Shown here piece by piece: positions 10,818 to 21,084 of a stretch of DNA of 64,000 bases (its first letter is position 1; every line of letters begins with the position of its first letter). The position numbers were made by a program, and so were the translations under genes. The stretch spans positions 256,001-320,000 of the forward strand of contig CBDEGZ010000003.1 of the NCBI GenBank assembly GCA_965238175.1. Reading direction: 5' to 3'. The notes below the pieces were generated by a model, which saw only the letters and a list, made by a program, of their open reading frames with translations, had not been told where the DNA came from and did no database searches. Source of the DNA: Gammaproteobacteria bacterium. GTDB taxonomy: Bacteria > Pseudomonadota > Gammaproteobacteria > CAJXQU01.

Positions 10818-12043
10818 TGTAGAAATTCAGATTTGATCTGACAGTTACCCAATTATCAGTAACCGACTGTCAGGTTAAGTTTAATTCACAAACTTTTCCT
10901 TCCAGATAGCTTGTCCGTCGATGAGTGTTTCCATCGGCGTCCTCCCGCAGCACATTTTGCCTTGGTGAGTTCGTTGAGTATTGTATTTGAGCAACCATTC
11001 GTCAAGGTCGAGTTGCAGTTCATCAATCGATTGGTAAATTTTCTTACGCAAAGCGACTTGATAAAACTCATTGAGGATCGTCTTATGGAATCGCTCACAA
11101 ATACCATTCGTCTGAGGTGATTTGACCTTGGTTTTGGTGTGTTCGATATTGTTCAACGCCATATAAAGCTGATAATCATGCTGGTCAGCTCGCCCACAAT
11201 ACTCCGTCCCTCTATCTGTCAAAATGCGCAACATAGGCAAACGTTGTTCTTCGTAGAATGGGAGGACGCGGTCATTGAGCATGTCAGCTGCCGTAATCGG
11301 TGTTTTAGTCGGGTACAGTTTCGCGTGAGCGACCTTGCTGTAAGTATCAACAAACGTTTGTTGATAAACCCGACCAATGCCTTTGAAAGTACCGACATAG
11401 TAAGTATCTTGCGAGCCAAGATAACCAGGGTGTGCCGTTTCTATCTCGCCACAAGCCTCATCGTCGTCTTTTTTGCGTTCCATCGCCGCGACTTGAGACT
11501 CAGTGAGGATCAAGCCTTCACCAGCTACCTTATCAGACAATGCCTTCAGGCGATCTTTAAAGCAAGCAAGACCATGACGAAGCCAGATACAACGAACGCC
11601 ACTGGGTGAGACAAATGTTCCCCGTTTGCGCAGCTCGTTACTGGTGCGCGTTTGACCATGTGCGGGCTCTTCCAGTGCATACTCGAGCACAACGGTTTCA
11701 ATAGCCGGGTCGATTCTGTTTTTAAGATTTGGGGTACGCCGATTACGATCAAACAAGGCTTCTACACCGCCTTCATCAGCCGCTTCTTTGTAGCGATAAA
11801 ATATATCTCTGGACAAACCCATCATCTTGCAGGCTTTTGAGACATTGCCGAGTTCTTCAGCGAGATTGAGTAGACCAACTTTATGTTTTATAACTTTGTC
11901 ATTAGTATGAATCATGAGAGTTACCTCTTTGTGTTTTGATGTTTACGTTGCAGTTACATCAAAGCGGGTAACTCTCACTAAATCAAGCGTCGCTACGCTC
12001 CGCTTGATTTAGTGATGTGTCAGATTGGGTCTAAACTTCTACA
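10818..12043 (-). mobile_element. IS481-family insertion sequence, copy 1 (1226 bp, 7-bp target duplication GTTTACT)
   Basis: TGT…ACA termini with an imperfect ~26-bp IR (TGTAGAAATTCAGATTTGATCTGACA / TGTAGAAGTTTAGACCCAATCTGACA). GTTTACT is present at 10811-10817 and 12044-12050. Confidence 0.95.
10881..11915 (-). CDS. IS481-family DDE transposase
   Basis: N-terminal HTH (GNVSKACK) and an rve core with SQDT, TDRGTEY and SPQTNGICERFHKT. Confidence 0.95.
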   Translation of the reverse strand: MIHTNDKVIKHKVGLLNLAEELGNVSKACKMMGLSRDIFYRYKEAADEGGVEALFDRNRRTPNLKNRIDPAIETVVLEYALEEPAHGQTRTSNELRKRGTFVSPSGVRCIWLRHGLACFKDRLKALSDKVAGEGLILTESQVAAMERKKDDDEACGEIETAHPGYLGSQDTYYVGTFKGIGRVYQQTFVDTYSKVAHAKLYPTKTPITAADMLNDRVLPFYEEQRLPMLRILTDRGTEYCGRADQHDYQLYMALNNIEHTKTKVKSPQTNGICERFHKTILNEFYQVALRKKIYQSIDELQLDLDEWLLKYNTQRTHQGKMCCGRTPMETLIDGQAIWKEKFVN

Positions 12044-12057
12044 GTTTACTTATATTG

Positions 12058-12926
12058 CTACTGATATTCATACGTACGAAATAAGATATTCTGACTTTTT
12101 TCGAGGATAAATACTTTGTTTCCTTCAAGCTCTAAATTGAGTTTTAGAGGATATGTTATTTTGATATTTTTAGCTTGTGCTGATTTTACAAGACTTTCAA
12201 TGTCTCCTCTTGTTTCAATTTCTATTTCCTGAAGAAGTTCGATCATATAATCAGAATGCCTTATTGCATCAATGCTACCTCCATTTATATTGTACCCACC
12301 CCCTAAAAGCCCATATATAGATCCGTCTTTCAATTCGATAAAAGTAGAAACTCCGGTTCTACGAAATTGATTGTGTGTATTCTCGTTTATTGGACGAGAT
12401 AATCCCGTAATGCCTTTAAGTTTATAAAGCTCTATAGATTCTGGCTAATCTCTATGTAGTATTTCCACGATTTCTTTTTTTACCCAACTTCCATGAAGGA
12501 ATATACCAATAAAAAATACACTGTCATTAGTTATCCTTGCAAATAACAAAGGCCCAGTCCTTTTATGAAGCCATCTTTTTCTATTGTTTCTCCAAGGTGA
12601 AAATGATGTATTCCCCAATCATTCAAAAGTGAATCATCGTAATCAAGCTTCTTTAGGCCTCAGCTTAGATACGGATTAACGTTTTCACCGTTTCTGAATT
12701 GATTTTCGATATTATCTAATGAATCTTTAAATTCTGTAGGACACTCAAAAGTACTAGATTTGTTTACATATCTTTTGCATGGAAATATTTCTCGTAGTTT
12801 CACGTTAAAATACTGAAAGGCAATATCCTCTACGCTTTTATTTTCGTCGGGATCGTATCCTCTTTCCTTTAGGAAATATAATAGTAGCTTTCTCCAATCT
12901 TCAACTAAGTTTATTTCCACTTCCAT
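12058..12926 (-). pseudogene. Disrupted hypothetical gene (~289 aa when repaired; LLNDWGIHHFHLG motif)
   Basis: ORFs 12660..12926 and 12058..12333 join into one reading frame if the TGA at 12660-62, a 1-nt deletion near 12561-64 (FIK/RTGPLLF) and the TAG at 12445-47 are repaired. The span is 869 nt, which is 870 minus 1. Confidence 0.75.
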
Positions 12927-12954
12927 AGTTAACCTTTGGACTGTTATACCTCAG

Positions 12955-13683
12955 TTAATAATCCCCAAACCGATTTTGCAAAGCCGCTACAGTTGCTAAG
13001 GCTGCGGTTTCAGTACGCAAAATTCTAGAACCAAGCTTGATCGCAATGAATTCATTCTTTTCTAAGGTTTCAATTTCTGATCGACTTAAGCCACCTTCTG
13101 GCCCGATAACCAAACTGACTGTTTTTATTTGATCTGAAAAATCAGAAAGAGTTTGTTCTGCATCCGGGGCCAAGATCAATTTTAGATCTTGTTCATTTGT
13201 TGTCTGTAGATCTTCGAGTTTTTTGAGTTCTGTAAGCTCAGGGATCTGGTTTCTTCCACACTGTTCACAGGCGCTGATAATGACTTTTCCCCAGTGATCG
13301 AGTTTTTTTTCAGTTCTTTTTTGATCGAGTTTTACATTTGAGTAAGTGGTGATCAAAGGTGTAATTTTATTCACTCCAAGCTCAACCGCTTTCTGAATGG
13401 TGAAATCCATTTTGTCGCCTTTGGATAAGCCTTGGATCAACTCGATACTGATCGGGGATTCTCTTTCGATATCGATAAATTCATTTACTTTAACTTCTAC
13501 ATTTGATTTATGGATCGAAGTTACTACTCCATTAAATTCACCACCCTGTCCGTTAAATAAAACGACAGCTTGATCTGGCTTCATGCGTAAAACACGGGCG
13601 ACATGATGGCCTGCCGTTTCGGACAAAATTGTTGATTCCTCTACTTTTAGATTTTGATCTATGAACAGTCGAGTAGTTACCAT
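12955..13683 (-). CDS. rsmE: 16S rRNA m3U1498 methyltransferase
   Basis: HHVARVLRM, QKAVELGV, SACEQCGR, IGPEGG and RILRTETA. Confidence 0.96.
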   Translation of the reverse strand: MVTTRLFIDQNLKVEESTILSETAGHHVARVLRMKPDQAVVLFNGQGGEFNGVVTSIHKSNVEVKVNEFIDIERESPISIELIQGLSKGDKMDFTIQKAVELGVNKITPLITTYSNVKLDQKRTEKKLDHWGKVIISACEQCGRNQIPELTELKKLEDLQTTNEQDLKLILAPDAEQTLSDFSDQIKTVSLVIGPEGGLSRSEIETLEKNEFIAIKLGSRILRTETAALATVAALQNRFGDY

Positions 13684-15048
13684 TTAATTATCACTCACAG
13701 CGTGATCAATACTTTCAAGCGCAACTTTCGCCATCATTTTTATTTCATCTTCATTGATCACGTAAGGTGGCATAAAGTAGATCACATCACCCATTGGCCT
13801 TAGCAAAACACCTTGCTGCATAGCATAGTGGAAGGCCTTTCGTCCTCGCCGTTCTTGCCAGTCGAATGGTTCTTTTGTGTTTTTATTTTTAACCATTTCG
13901 ATTGCTAGAATCATCCCTGTTTGTCTAACTTCAGCTATATGTGAGTGCTTACTATACCCGGATGTTGATTGTTTTATAGTAGCCGCGAGTGTTTTGTTAT
14001 TTTCGATTACATTGTCTTGTTCAAAAATATCCAATGTTGCATGTGCAGCCTGGCATGCTAAAGGGTTTCCGGTGTAGCTGTGAGAGTGTAAAAAGCCAGT
14101 TAAATTCGTAAAGTCATCATAAAAAGCTTGATAAATAATTTCGCTGGTTAGCACAGTAGATAGTGGTAAATACCCACCAGTGATCCCTTTTGAAAGACAC
14201 ATGAAGTCGGGACTAATATCAGCCTGCTCACAAGCAAACATGGTACCGGTTCGGCCAAAGCCGGTGGCGATTTCATCGGCGATCAAATGTACCTCATATT
14301 TATCGCAAGCTTCGCGCAGAAGTGTCAGATAGATCGGATGATACATGCGCATAAAACCTGCGCCCTGGACTAATGGTTCTACAATCACTGCACAAATTTC
14401 GTCAGATTGATCGGCCAGAATTTTTTCCATTTTGACAAACTGCTGTCGTGAATAATCTTCCCAACTTTGTCCTTGTTCTCGATGATAACAATCCGGAGAA
14501 GGTACGGTGATCACATCTAATAATAATGAACCATATGTTTTTTTATAAAGTGGTACATCACAGACGGAAAGCGCGCCTAGAGTTTCACCATGATATGCAT
14601 TTCCAAGATTTACAAAGCGCTGTTTATTTGATTTGCCGACATTTTGCCAATAATGAAAACTCATTTTCATGGCAATTTCGACAGCGCAAGAACCGTTGTC
14701 TGCATAAAAACAACGATCAAGTCCTTCTGGTGTGATTGAAACCAGTCGTTCTGAAAGGCGTACAACCGGTTCATGGGTGAAACCTGATAGCATGACTTGC
14801 TCTAAGGTGCCAAGCTGATCAGAAATTGCCTGGTTTATGCGCGGATTTGCATGTCCAAACAGGTTTACCCACCAGGAACTAATTGCATCTAAATATCGAT
14901 TCCCATCATGATCTTCAAGCCAGACACCCTCGCCTTTTTTGATCGGGATGGGTGGCCAGGATTCATGATCTTTCATTTGCGTGCAGGGATGCCAGACGGT
15001 GTTCATATCACGTTGTGCGAGATTAAAATTGCTATGTTGGGTTATCAT
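13684..15048 (-). CDS. bioA: Adenosylmethionine-8-amino-7-oxononanoate aminotransferase
   Basis: VWHPCTQM, SSWWVN, YHGET, IADEIATGFGRTG, LSKGITGG and HSHSYTGN. Confidence 0.95.
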   Translation of the reverse strand: MITQHSNFNLAQRDMNTVWHPCTQMKDHESWPPIPIKKGEGVWLEDHDGNRYLDAISSWWVNLFGHANPRINQAISDQLGTLEQVMLSGFTHEPVVRLSERLVSITPEGLDRCFYADNGSCAVEIAMKMSFHYWQNVGKSNKQRFVNLGNAYHGETLGALSVCDVPLYKKTYGSLLLDVITVPSPDCYHREQGQSWEDYSRQQFVKMEKILADQSDEICAVIVEPLVQGAGFMRMYHPIYLTLLREACDKYEVHLIADEIATGFGRTGTMFACEQADISPDFMCLSKGITGGYLPLSTVLTSEIIYQAFYDDFTNLTGFLHSHSYTGNPLACQAAHATLDIFEQDNVIENNKTLAATIKQSTSGYSKHSHIAEVRQTGMILAIEMVKNKNTKEPFDWQERRGRKAFHYAMQQGVLLRPMGDVIYFMPPYVINEDEIKMMAKVALESIDHAVSDN

Positions 15049-15079
15049 TAGGCAATTATATAGTGGAACTGGACTCGCC

Positions 15080-15538
15080 GTGATAAGTGCAATACAAAAA
15101 TTTTTTAGTGAACGGATTTCTGTTCCGGAATCAACAGATACACAACGACAAAAGGCATTACAAATTGCTGCATCGGTTTTAATGATCGAGATTAGCCGAT
15201 CAGATATGCATGTTTCTGAAACTGAAGAACAAACGATTTTGTCGGCACTACAAAAAACATTCTCGCTTGATCAAAAAGAGTCAGAGAATTTGATGTCGTT
15301 GGCAAATGATAAAACGGATCAAGCAATTTCTTTTCACGAATTTACGCGTGAGATAAACGATCAATTTTCAGCAGAGGAAAAGATCAATTTAGTCAGATTA
15401 CTTTGGGATGTTGCGATAGCCGATGGTGAGATTGATAAGTATGAAGATTTTTATATTCGAAAAATTTCTGATCTGCTTTATGTTTCACACAGTGATTTTA
15501 TCCGTATGAAGCACAAAGCTATCGAGAATAAACCTTAA
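15080..15538 (+). CDS. TerB-family protein
   Basis: ASVLMIEISRSD…LLWDVAIADGEID.YE…IRKISDLLYVSHSDFI. The likely start is the GTG at 15080, because the ORF-track start at 14981 overlaps bioA. Confidence 0.8.
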   Translation: MISAIQKFFSERISVPESTDTQRQKALQIAASVLMIEISRSDMHVSETEEQTILSALQKTFSLDQKESENLMSLANDKTDQAISFHEFTREINDQFSAEEKINLVRLLWDVAIADGEIDKYEDFYIRKISDLLYVSHSDFIRMKHKAIENKP

Positions 15539-16008
15539 GAGACTTCTTGCTCGAATGATAGATCACCGATCATTGCAGTAATCAATTGATCTTCAAATTC
15601 TATACGAGACGTGAGAAGTTCTCCTAATTTGGATATATCATTTTGTAGATGATTTTCGATAACGGCAGAATCTAATGGTTCATACCGTTCATTGAATTCT
15701 ATTGCAGCTTGAGTTGAATCAGAAATTAAGGGGTAAGTTTTTTCTGCCGTATTGACAACAGTTTTACGCCGTTCTTTACCGTCAGCGATTCGTTCGTATA
15801 AACCAAAGTGAGCTGAAGCGATGTAATCAACTAAAACTTCGCAGAATTTTTGTAAGCTATCTTTAACGGATGTTTCGGCTTTAAACGGCTTTAAGCCAGA
15901 GACTTCACACAGTAACACCAACATTTCTCGGCGTTCTTGTAGCATTTTTTGGATAATTTCTTGGGTTTGATCACGAGGTTCGAGTGCTGATATCTCTTCT
16001 TGCGTCAT
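15535..16008 (-). CDS. rsd: Rsd/AlgQ-family anti-sigma70 factor
   Basis: LQERREML, FCEVLVDYIASAHFGLYE and LGELLTSRIEFEDQLI. Confidence 0.85.
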   Translation of the reverse strand: MTQEEISALEPRDQTQEIIQKMLQERREMLVLLCEVSGLKPFKAETSVKDSLQKFCEVLVDYIASAHFGLYERIADGKERRKTVVNTAEKTYPLISDSTQAAIEFNERYEPLDSAVIENHLQNDISKLGELLTSRIEFEDQLITAMIGDLSFEQEVS

Positions 16009-16295
16009 GACAGTATTAGCTCCTTATTATTTATCATTTAGATTTTAGAGACCCTTGAGTCTCTTTCCCTGATAGAGACAATGCAAGAAGAAGGCCTATC
16101 TAATTTTTTGGACAATGCTTGAGGTTACAAATTGTTTCTTACCTGCTAAGCTATTGAAATATATTTAGAATATCTATTACTATTCTTAATCAATAAAAAT
16201 AAGTGTTTTTGCTTGTTTTCAACTATTTGATCTATAGATGGTTATAATAGTGGGCTAATTAATGGGTAGGGTAAACTCATACTAACGTACAGAAT

Positions 16296-17732
16296 ATGGA
16301 AATTACAGGCTACAAAATAGATAGAACAATTGGTGAAGGTGGCATGGCGACAGCTTACCTTGCCGAACAGGAATCGCTAGGGCGGTTGGCTGTACTTAAA
16401 GTGCTCAACACAGACAATCGAGATACCAAAGAAAATGTAGAACGCTTTCTAAATGAAGGCCGTATTGTTGCTTCCCTTAACCACCCGCACATTATTACTA
16501 TTTATGATATTGGTATTGAAGAAGATTTTATCTTTATCTCAATGGAGTATATCGAAGGTGGTGACCTAAAAGAACGTCTAAAGAATCCGGTTTCTGCTTC
16601 AGAAGCAATCGATATTATCAAAAAGGTCTGTAGTGGTCTTGACGTTGCGCATCGTAAAGGCATAGTTCATCGTGATGTAAAACCAGGCAATATTTTGTTC
16701 AAAACCAGTGGTGAGCCATTACTGACCGATTTTGGGATCGCCAAGCGTTTGACGATGGATCAAGACCTTACTATGACGGGTGTTTTCCTCGGTAGTCCAA
16801 ACTATATGGCACCTGAGCAAGCAGAAGATGGGCCGATTGACGGGCGCGCAGATATTTATGCGTTGGGTGTTATTTTGTATGAAATGCTCGTCGGACAGAA
16901 GCCCTATAAGTCAGAATCTATAATTGATGTCATTGTTCAACATAAACAAGCGCCAGTGCCCATCCTGCCAGAAAAACACCAGGTCTATCAGCCCCTGTTG
17001 AACATGATGATGGCTAAAAATCGTAAAAATCGTTTTAGAGATGCTGCTAGTGTCCTGCATTTTATTCATCACCTTGAGCAACTGGAATCGTTAAAAGTTC
17101 CAACAGATGATCAGGTAATAAAAGAAATGCCTGCCGATGAAGTATTCACATCTCATCTGCGACAACCAAAAAAAGCACGGAAATGGTCGACTTATGTTTT
17201 GACGGGGTTACTGCTGTTAACCGCATCAGGATTTGCTTTTGTTTCATTTATGAATACGAAACTCAGCCACGAAATTTCTACTCTCAGTACTATTGAAGCA
17301 GAAGAAGCTAATCTAGAGTCATTCGTGAAGCTCGCACCAATTCCAGAGGTAGGATCAAAACCACTGAAAGTGAATAATCCTGATGAGGTTGAGGAGGTAT
17401 CAAAAGCATTAGGCTGGTTAGCGAGAAAAAGTCTGGAAGAATATCGTTTGACCGCCCCCCCGAAAGACAATGCTTATTATTATTATGTGCGCTTGCTTGA
17501 GATCAATCCGAACAACAATATTGCCAGACAAGGTTTGCGACACATTGCAGAGAAATTTGCTCTTCTCGCAGAAAGAGAGTTGGCGGATAACCATTACCAA
17601 GCAGCTGCGGGTTACATTGAAATTGGTTTACAGATTAATCCCAGTAATCCAACATTGAAACAACTAAAATTGTTAACTGCCACGAGCAAGCGTAGTGTTT
17701 TTGATAGTATCAAGAGCTTATTCAGCTCCTAG
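16296..17732 (+). CDS. Membrane-anchored Hanks-type Ser/Thr protein kinase
   Basis: IGEGGMATAY, VLK, HRDVKPGN, DFG, YMAPE and DIYALG, then a TM helix and a TPR-like extracytoplasmic region (LTAPPKDNA). Confidence 0.92.
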   Translation: MEITGYKIDRTIGEGGMATAYLAEQESLGRLAVLKVLNTDNRDTKENVERFLNEGRIVASLNHPHIITIYDIGIEEDFIFISMEYIEGGDLKERLKNPVSASEAIDIIKKVCSGLDVAHRKGIVHRDVKPGNILFKTSGEPLLTDFGIAKRLTMDQDLTMTGVFLGSPNYMAPEQAEDGPIDGRADIYALGVILYEMLVGQKPYKSESIIDVIVQHKQAPVPILPEKHQVYQPLLNMMMAKNRKNRFRDAASVLHFIHHLEQLESLKVPTDDQVIKEMPADEVFTSHLRQPKKARKWSTYVLTGLLLLTASGFAFVSFMNTKLSHEISTLSTIEAEEANLESFVKLAPIPEVGSKPLKVNNPDEVEEVSKALGWLARKSLEEYRLTAPPKDNAYYYYVRLLEINPNNNIARQGLRHIAEKFALLAERELADNHYQAAAGYIEIGLQINPSNPTLKQLKLLTATSKRSVFDSIKSLFSS

Positions 17733-17742
17733 TCAGAATTAT

Positions 17743-18315
17743 TTATTCGTCTATTTCTTCCGTTGTTTTAACCTCAAGTAGGGATTTAGCTTCTTCGGTT
17801 CGATTTTTATCCCAAGCGCTGATCAATAATTTTAACCGTTCTATTCTATCGTCAGGGGATTCTGATTCTTTTTTGACTGAATTTTCAGCAGGTTTTACTG
17901 GCTCATCATTTTTAAGTCCGTCGGCGAGCTCCTGATCTGAAATTGGCGCTTGTTGTGGAGGTTTTTTCAGATATTCCTCCAAAACAGGGGATTCGATAAG
18001 TGCTTCAATTTTTTCTTCAAATGCTGCAATAGCCTGAGAAGAAGTTAGGGAGCTTTTTTGATCACTAGCCTCAATCTGCAATGCTTTATTACGAAATTCA
18101 AGGCGTTGTTCTTCACTTACATACACAGCAGTGTCATCGACTAACACATTTTTTTCGAAAACCAATACACGAGGGCCGCCTGTTTCGCTTCGATACCAGG
18201 AAGGTGCCTTCCCTGACATTTGTGAATTGCCCGTTGTTGGGTTAACCCATTGATACATACGCGCCTCGACTGAAACCACCGATAGCACCATAAAAAGACA
18301 TATAATTTTTCGCAT
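17743..18315 (-). CDS. Secreted protein, DUF4124-like N-terminus
   Basis: Signal peptide followed by ARMYQWV. Confidence 0.6.
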   Translation of the reverse strand: MRKIICLFMVLSVVSVEARMYQWVNPTTGNSQMSGKAPSWYRSETGGPRVLVFEKNVLVDDTAVYVSEEQRLEFRNKALQIEASDQKSSLTSSQAIAAFEEKIEALIESPVLEEYLKKPPQQAPISDQELADGLKNDEPVKPAENSVKKESESPDDRIERLKLLISAWDKNRTEEAKSLLEVKTTEEIDE

Positions 18316-18420
18316 AAATAAGATTATAGCAAGGATGTGATTTTAAAGGCTATTTTCTGGAGAGTTCCTCTATAGATTTTGTTAACATGGAGACATAAAA
18401 GCCGATCTCGCCATTACTCA

Positions 18421-21051
18421 ATGCTACTATCTGATCACCGCCTTATTATCACTATCAATCGTCGTCTCGCCCGAGAATTGACGGATCAATATTCTGCGGC
18501 TCAGATAAAAGCAGGTAAGCTAGTTTGGGAGTCACCCGTCGTTATGCCCTGGTCAAGCTGGTTAAATAGTTTGTGGCGGCAGGAACTTAAGTTACACGTT
18601 AACGCATCACTTTTATTATTGAATAACGTGCAGTCACAAGTTGTGTGGGAAAACATTATCCGATACTCACCGGCGACAGATGGGTTGCTACAAGTTTCTG
18701 AGACTACAAAAGTAGTTATGCAGGCGTGGCATTTATTACATGAATATCAAGTGACGTTTGATCAAGTTAAGCAGCAACTTGTTGAATCTAATCTCGATAT
18801 GCAGGCCTTTGCTGAATGGGTGAAAACCTATCAAGATCGCCTAAAACACAAGGGCTGGATCGATCAAGAAATGCTGGCCAACAAATTGATCGAACAATTT
18901 GATTCAGGAAAACAAAAAATACCTGAGAAATTATTACTGGCCGGTTTTGCTCAACTTACACCATTACAACTACGATTTATCAATTTATTAGTCACACAGG
19001 GTTGTTTGATCGAAACTTATAAACCTATGGATATTAAGGCACAAGCATTTCGTTTTGCCTGTGTAGATTTTGATCATGAATTGAAATTTGCGGCCTACCG
19101 GACACGTTATCTTCTTGAGCAAAATCCAGCGACGCGAATAGGGATTGTTATTCCTAACCTACAAAAAGACAAAACAAAGGTTGAAGCCGTTTTTGAAGAT
19201 ATTCTACAGCCTGACAACCTTGTGTCGGATACAAAAGAAATACGCCCTTTTAATATTTCCCTGGGTGATTCGTTAGCGGATTTCCCTATGATTAAAACGG
19301 CTTTTTTGGTCATGACAGCCGCAACAGGCCGTCTCCCACTAGAAGATTTGAGTCGTCTTCTCCGCTCGCCTTATCTTGTTGGCGGCGAATCAGAAATGGC
19401 GCAACGTTGTTTGCTCGATGCCCAATTAAGGAATTATGGTGATGATTCTTTAGGACTTTCTTTAGTTGTAAAAGAAGCGTCTTCGGACGAGGTTTGGAAA
19501 TGTCCAATTTTAGTTGAAATTATTAGCAAAAACAGAGAGTTGATTGAAGAGAAGGATTTTTCCAAAAAACGCACAATTGTTGACTGGGTAAATGTATTTG
19601 ATGAATTGCTTAAATCCATGGGTTGGCCAGGAGAGAGGACGTTAAGTAGCGCAGAATATCAATTACATGAATCCTGGGAAGCCGTCAGAGAACAATGCAC
19701 TGCATTGGAAACCGTTACCCAAGAAATGGGTTATCGAATCGCCCTTCAACACTTACGAAAGTTGGTTAGTGATCAAATCTTTCAAGTAGAAACGGTAGAT
19801 GCTCCCATACAAATTATGGGGGTTTTGGAAACAGCAGGATTACAATTTGATTATCTCTGGGTTATGGGGATGACTGATGATCAATGGCCTGTAAAACCTT
19901 CACCGAATCCATTCTTGCCTATGCAACTACAACGTAAACATAAAATGGCGCATGCAACGGCGGATTGGGAGTTAGGTTTCGCCCGTTCGGTAACCGATCA
20001 ATTATTAGTTTCTGCACCGCATATCACTTTTAGTTATTTGCTCAATGAAGCCGATCAAGAATTACGACCGAGTCCATTGATTAAAAAGTTGCCGGTGAAA
20101 ACAGAACTGGAACTTGAGATGAGTTTGTTGCCAGATTATCGCCAGAAAATGTGTTCACAGTCTGTTTTGGAAAGACTTGTGGATAATCACGCAAGCAGTT
20201 TGTCCGAGCCACGAAACTGGAAGGGTGGCGTCGGTATTTTTAAGGATCAAGCAGCGTGTCCTTTTCGCGCTTTCGTTCGACATCGCCTGAAAGCTGAACC
20301 GTTGGGAGTTGCTGAGTCAGGATTGAACCCTGCAGAAAGAGGCTCTCTTGTTCATGTGGCACTTGAGATCCTTTGGAACAACTTACAAACGCAAGAAAAG
20401 CTCAATCAACTTTCTGATGAATTGATCAAAAAAGAAATTCATCGCTCCGTAGAAATGGCATTAGAACAACTTCGCTTTGGAAAATCGGTGGTTAAAACAG
20501 AACAATTTCAAAGCCTGGAGCAGACTCGATTGGAAAGTTTGTTATCCGAATGGTTACTCGTTGAACGTGATCGAGAGCCATTTAACGTCATTGCCAGTGA
20601 GAAAGAATTACAACTGACGGTTGGTGGGATCAGTGTCAATACGCGTGTTGATCGAATTGATCAATTAGAAAGTGGTGAACTGGTTTTGATCGATTATAAA
20701 ACGGGCGAAGTGAATACTAATAGCTGGTTGGGTGATCGACCCGATGAACCACAACTTCCACTTTATGCAACAAATATGTCGAAACCACCTCAAGCGGTTT
20801 TATTTGCAAAGCTAAAAAAAGGTGAACAAAAATTTGTCGGATTTTCCGCAGATTTAAAACTAGGTAAAACACAAGAAAACTGGGACACATTAATTTTACA
20901 GTGGCAAATAACACTTGAAAATTTAGCTAAACAGTTTCGACAAGGAGAAGCACAAGTTGATCCAAAAGAAGCGGCAACTTGTCAATATTGTTCTTATCAA
21001 AGTTTATGCCGAATTGATGAAGTGACCGATCAGAAAGGAAGCGAAATATGA
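18421..21051 (+). CDS. addB: AddB/RexB-like subunit (inactive helicase + PD-(D/E)xK nuclease with Fe-S cysteines)
   Basis: ACPF…RGSLVH…RVDRID…IDYKTG…QLPLY…CQYCSYQSLC. Likely ATG at 18421; the ORF track starts at 18379. Confidence 0.85.
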   Translation: MLLSDHRLIITINRRLARELTDQYSAAQIKAGKLVWESPVVMPWSSWLNSLWRQELKLHVNASLLLLNNVQSQVVWENIIRYSPATDGLLQVSETTKVVMQAWHLLHEYQVTFDQVKQQLVESNLDMQAFAEWVKTYQDRLKHKGWIDQEMLANKLIEQFDSGKQKIPEKLLLAGFAQLTPLQLRFINLLVTQGCLIETYKPMDIKAQAFRFACVDFDHELKFAAYRTRYLLEQNPATRIGIVIPNLQKDKTKVEAVFEDILQPDNLVSDTKEIRPFNISLGDSLADFPMIKTAFLVMTAATGRLPLEDLSRLLRSPYLVGGESEMAQRCLLDAQLRNYGDDSLGLSLVVKEASSDEVWKCPILVEIISKNRELIEEKDFSKKRTIVDWVNVFDELLKSMGWPGERTLSSAEYQLHESWEAVREQCTALETVTQEMGYRIALQHLRKLVSDQIFQVETVDAPIQIMGVLETAGLQFDYLWVMGMTDDQWPVKPSPNPFLPMQLQRKHKMAHATADWELGFARSVTDQLLVSAPHITFSYLLNEADQELRPSPLIKKLPVKTELELEMSLLPDYRQKMCSQSVLERLVDNHASSLSEPRNWKGGVGIFKDQAACPFRAFVRHRLKAEPLGVAESGLNPAERGSLVHVALEILWNNLQTQEKLNQLSDELIKKEIHRSVEMALEQLRFGKSVVKTEQFQSLEQTRLESLLSEWLLVERDREPFNVIASEKELQLTVGGISVNTRVDRIDQLESGELVLIDYKTGEVNTNSWLGDRPDEPQLPLYATNMSKPPQAVLFAKLKKGEQKFVGFSADLKLGKTQENWDTLILQWQITLENLAKQFRQGEAQVDPKEAATCQYCSYQSLCRIDEVTDQKGSEI

Positions 21052-21084
21052 TCCAAAAAAAAGCTTAAACATGGATTATAAATC

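Noticed and set aside
11139-11609. 156-aa plus-strand ORF repeated three times (also at 28662 and 47350)
   Set aside because: It is antisense to the IS481 transposase and recurs only because the IS does.
14981-15079. N-terminal extension of the TerB-like ORF overlapping bioA
   Set aside because: A head-to-head overlap with bioA is unlikely, and the GTG at 15080 gives a typical family length.
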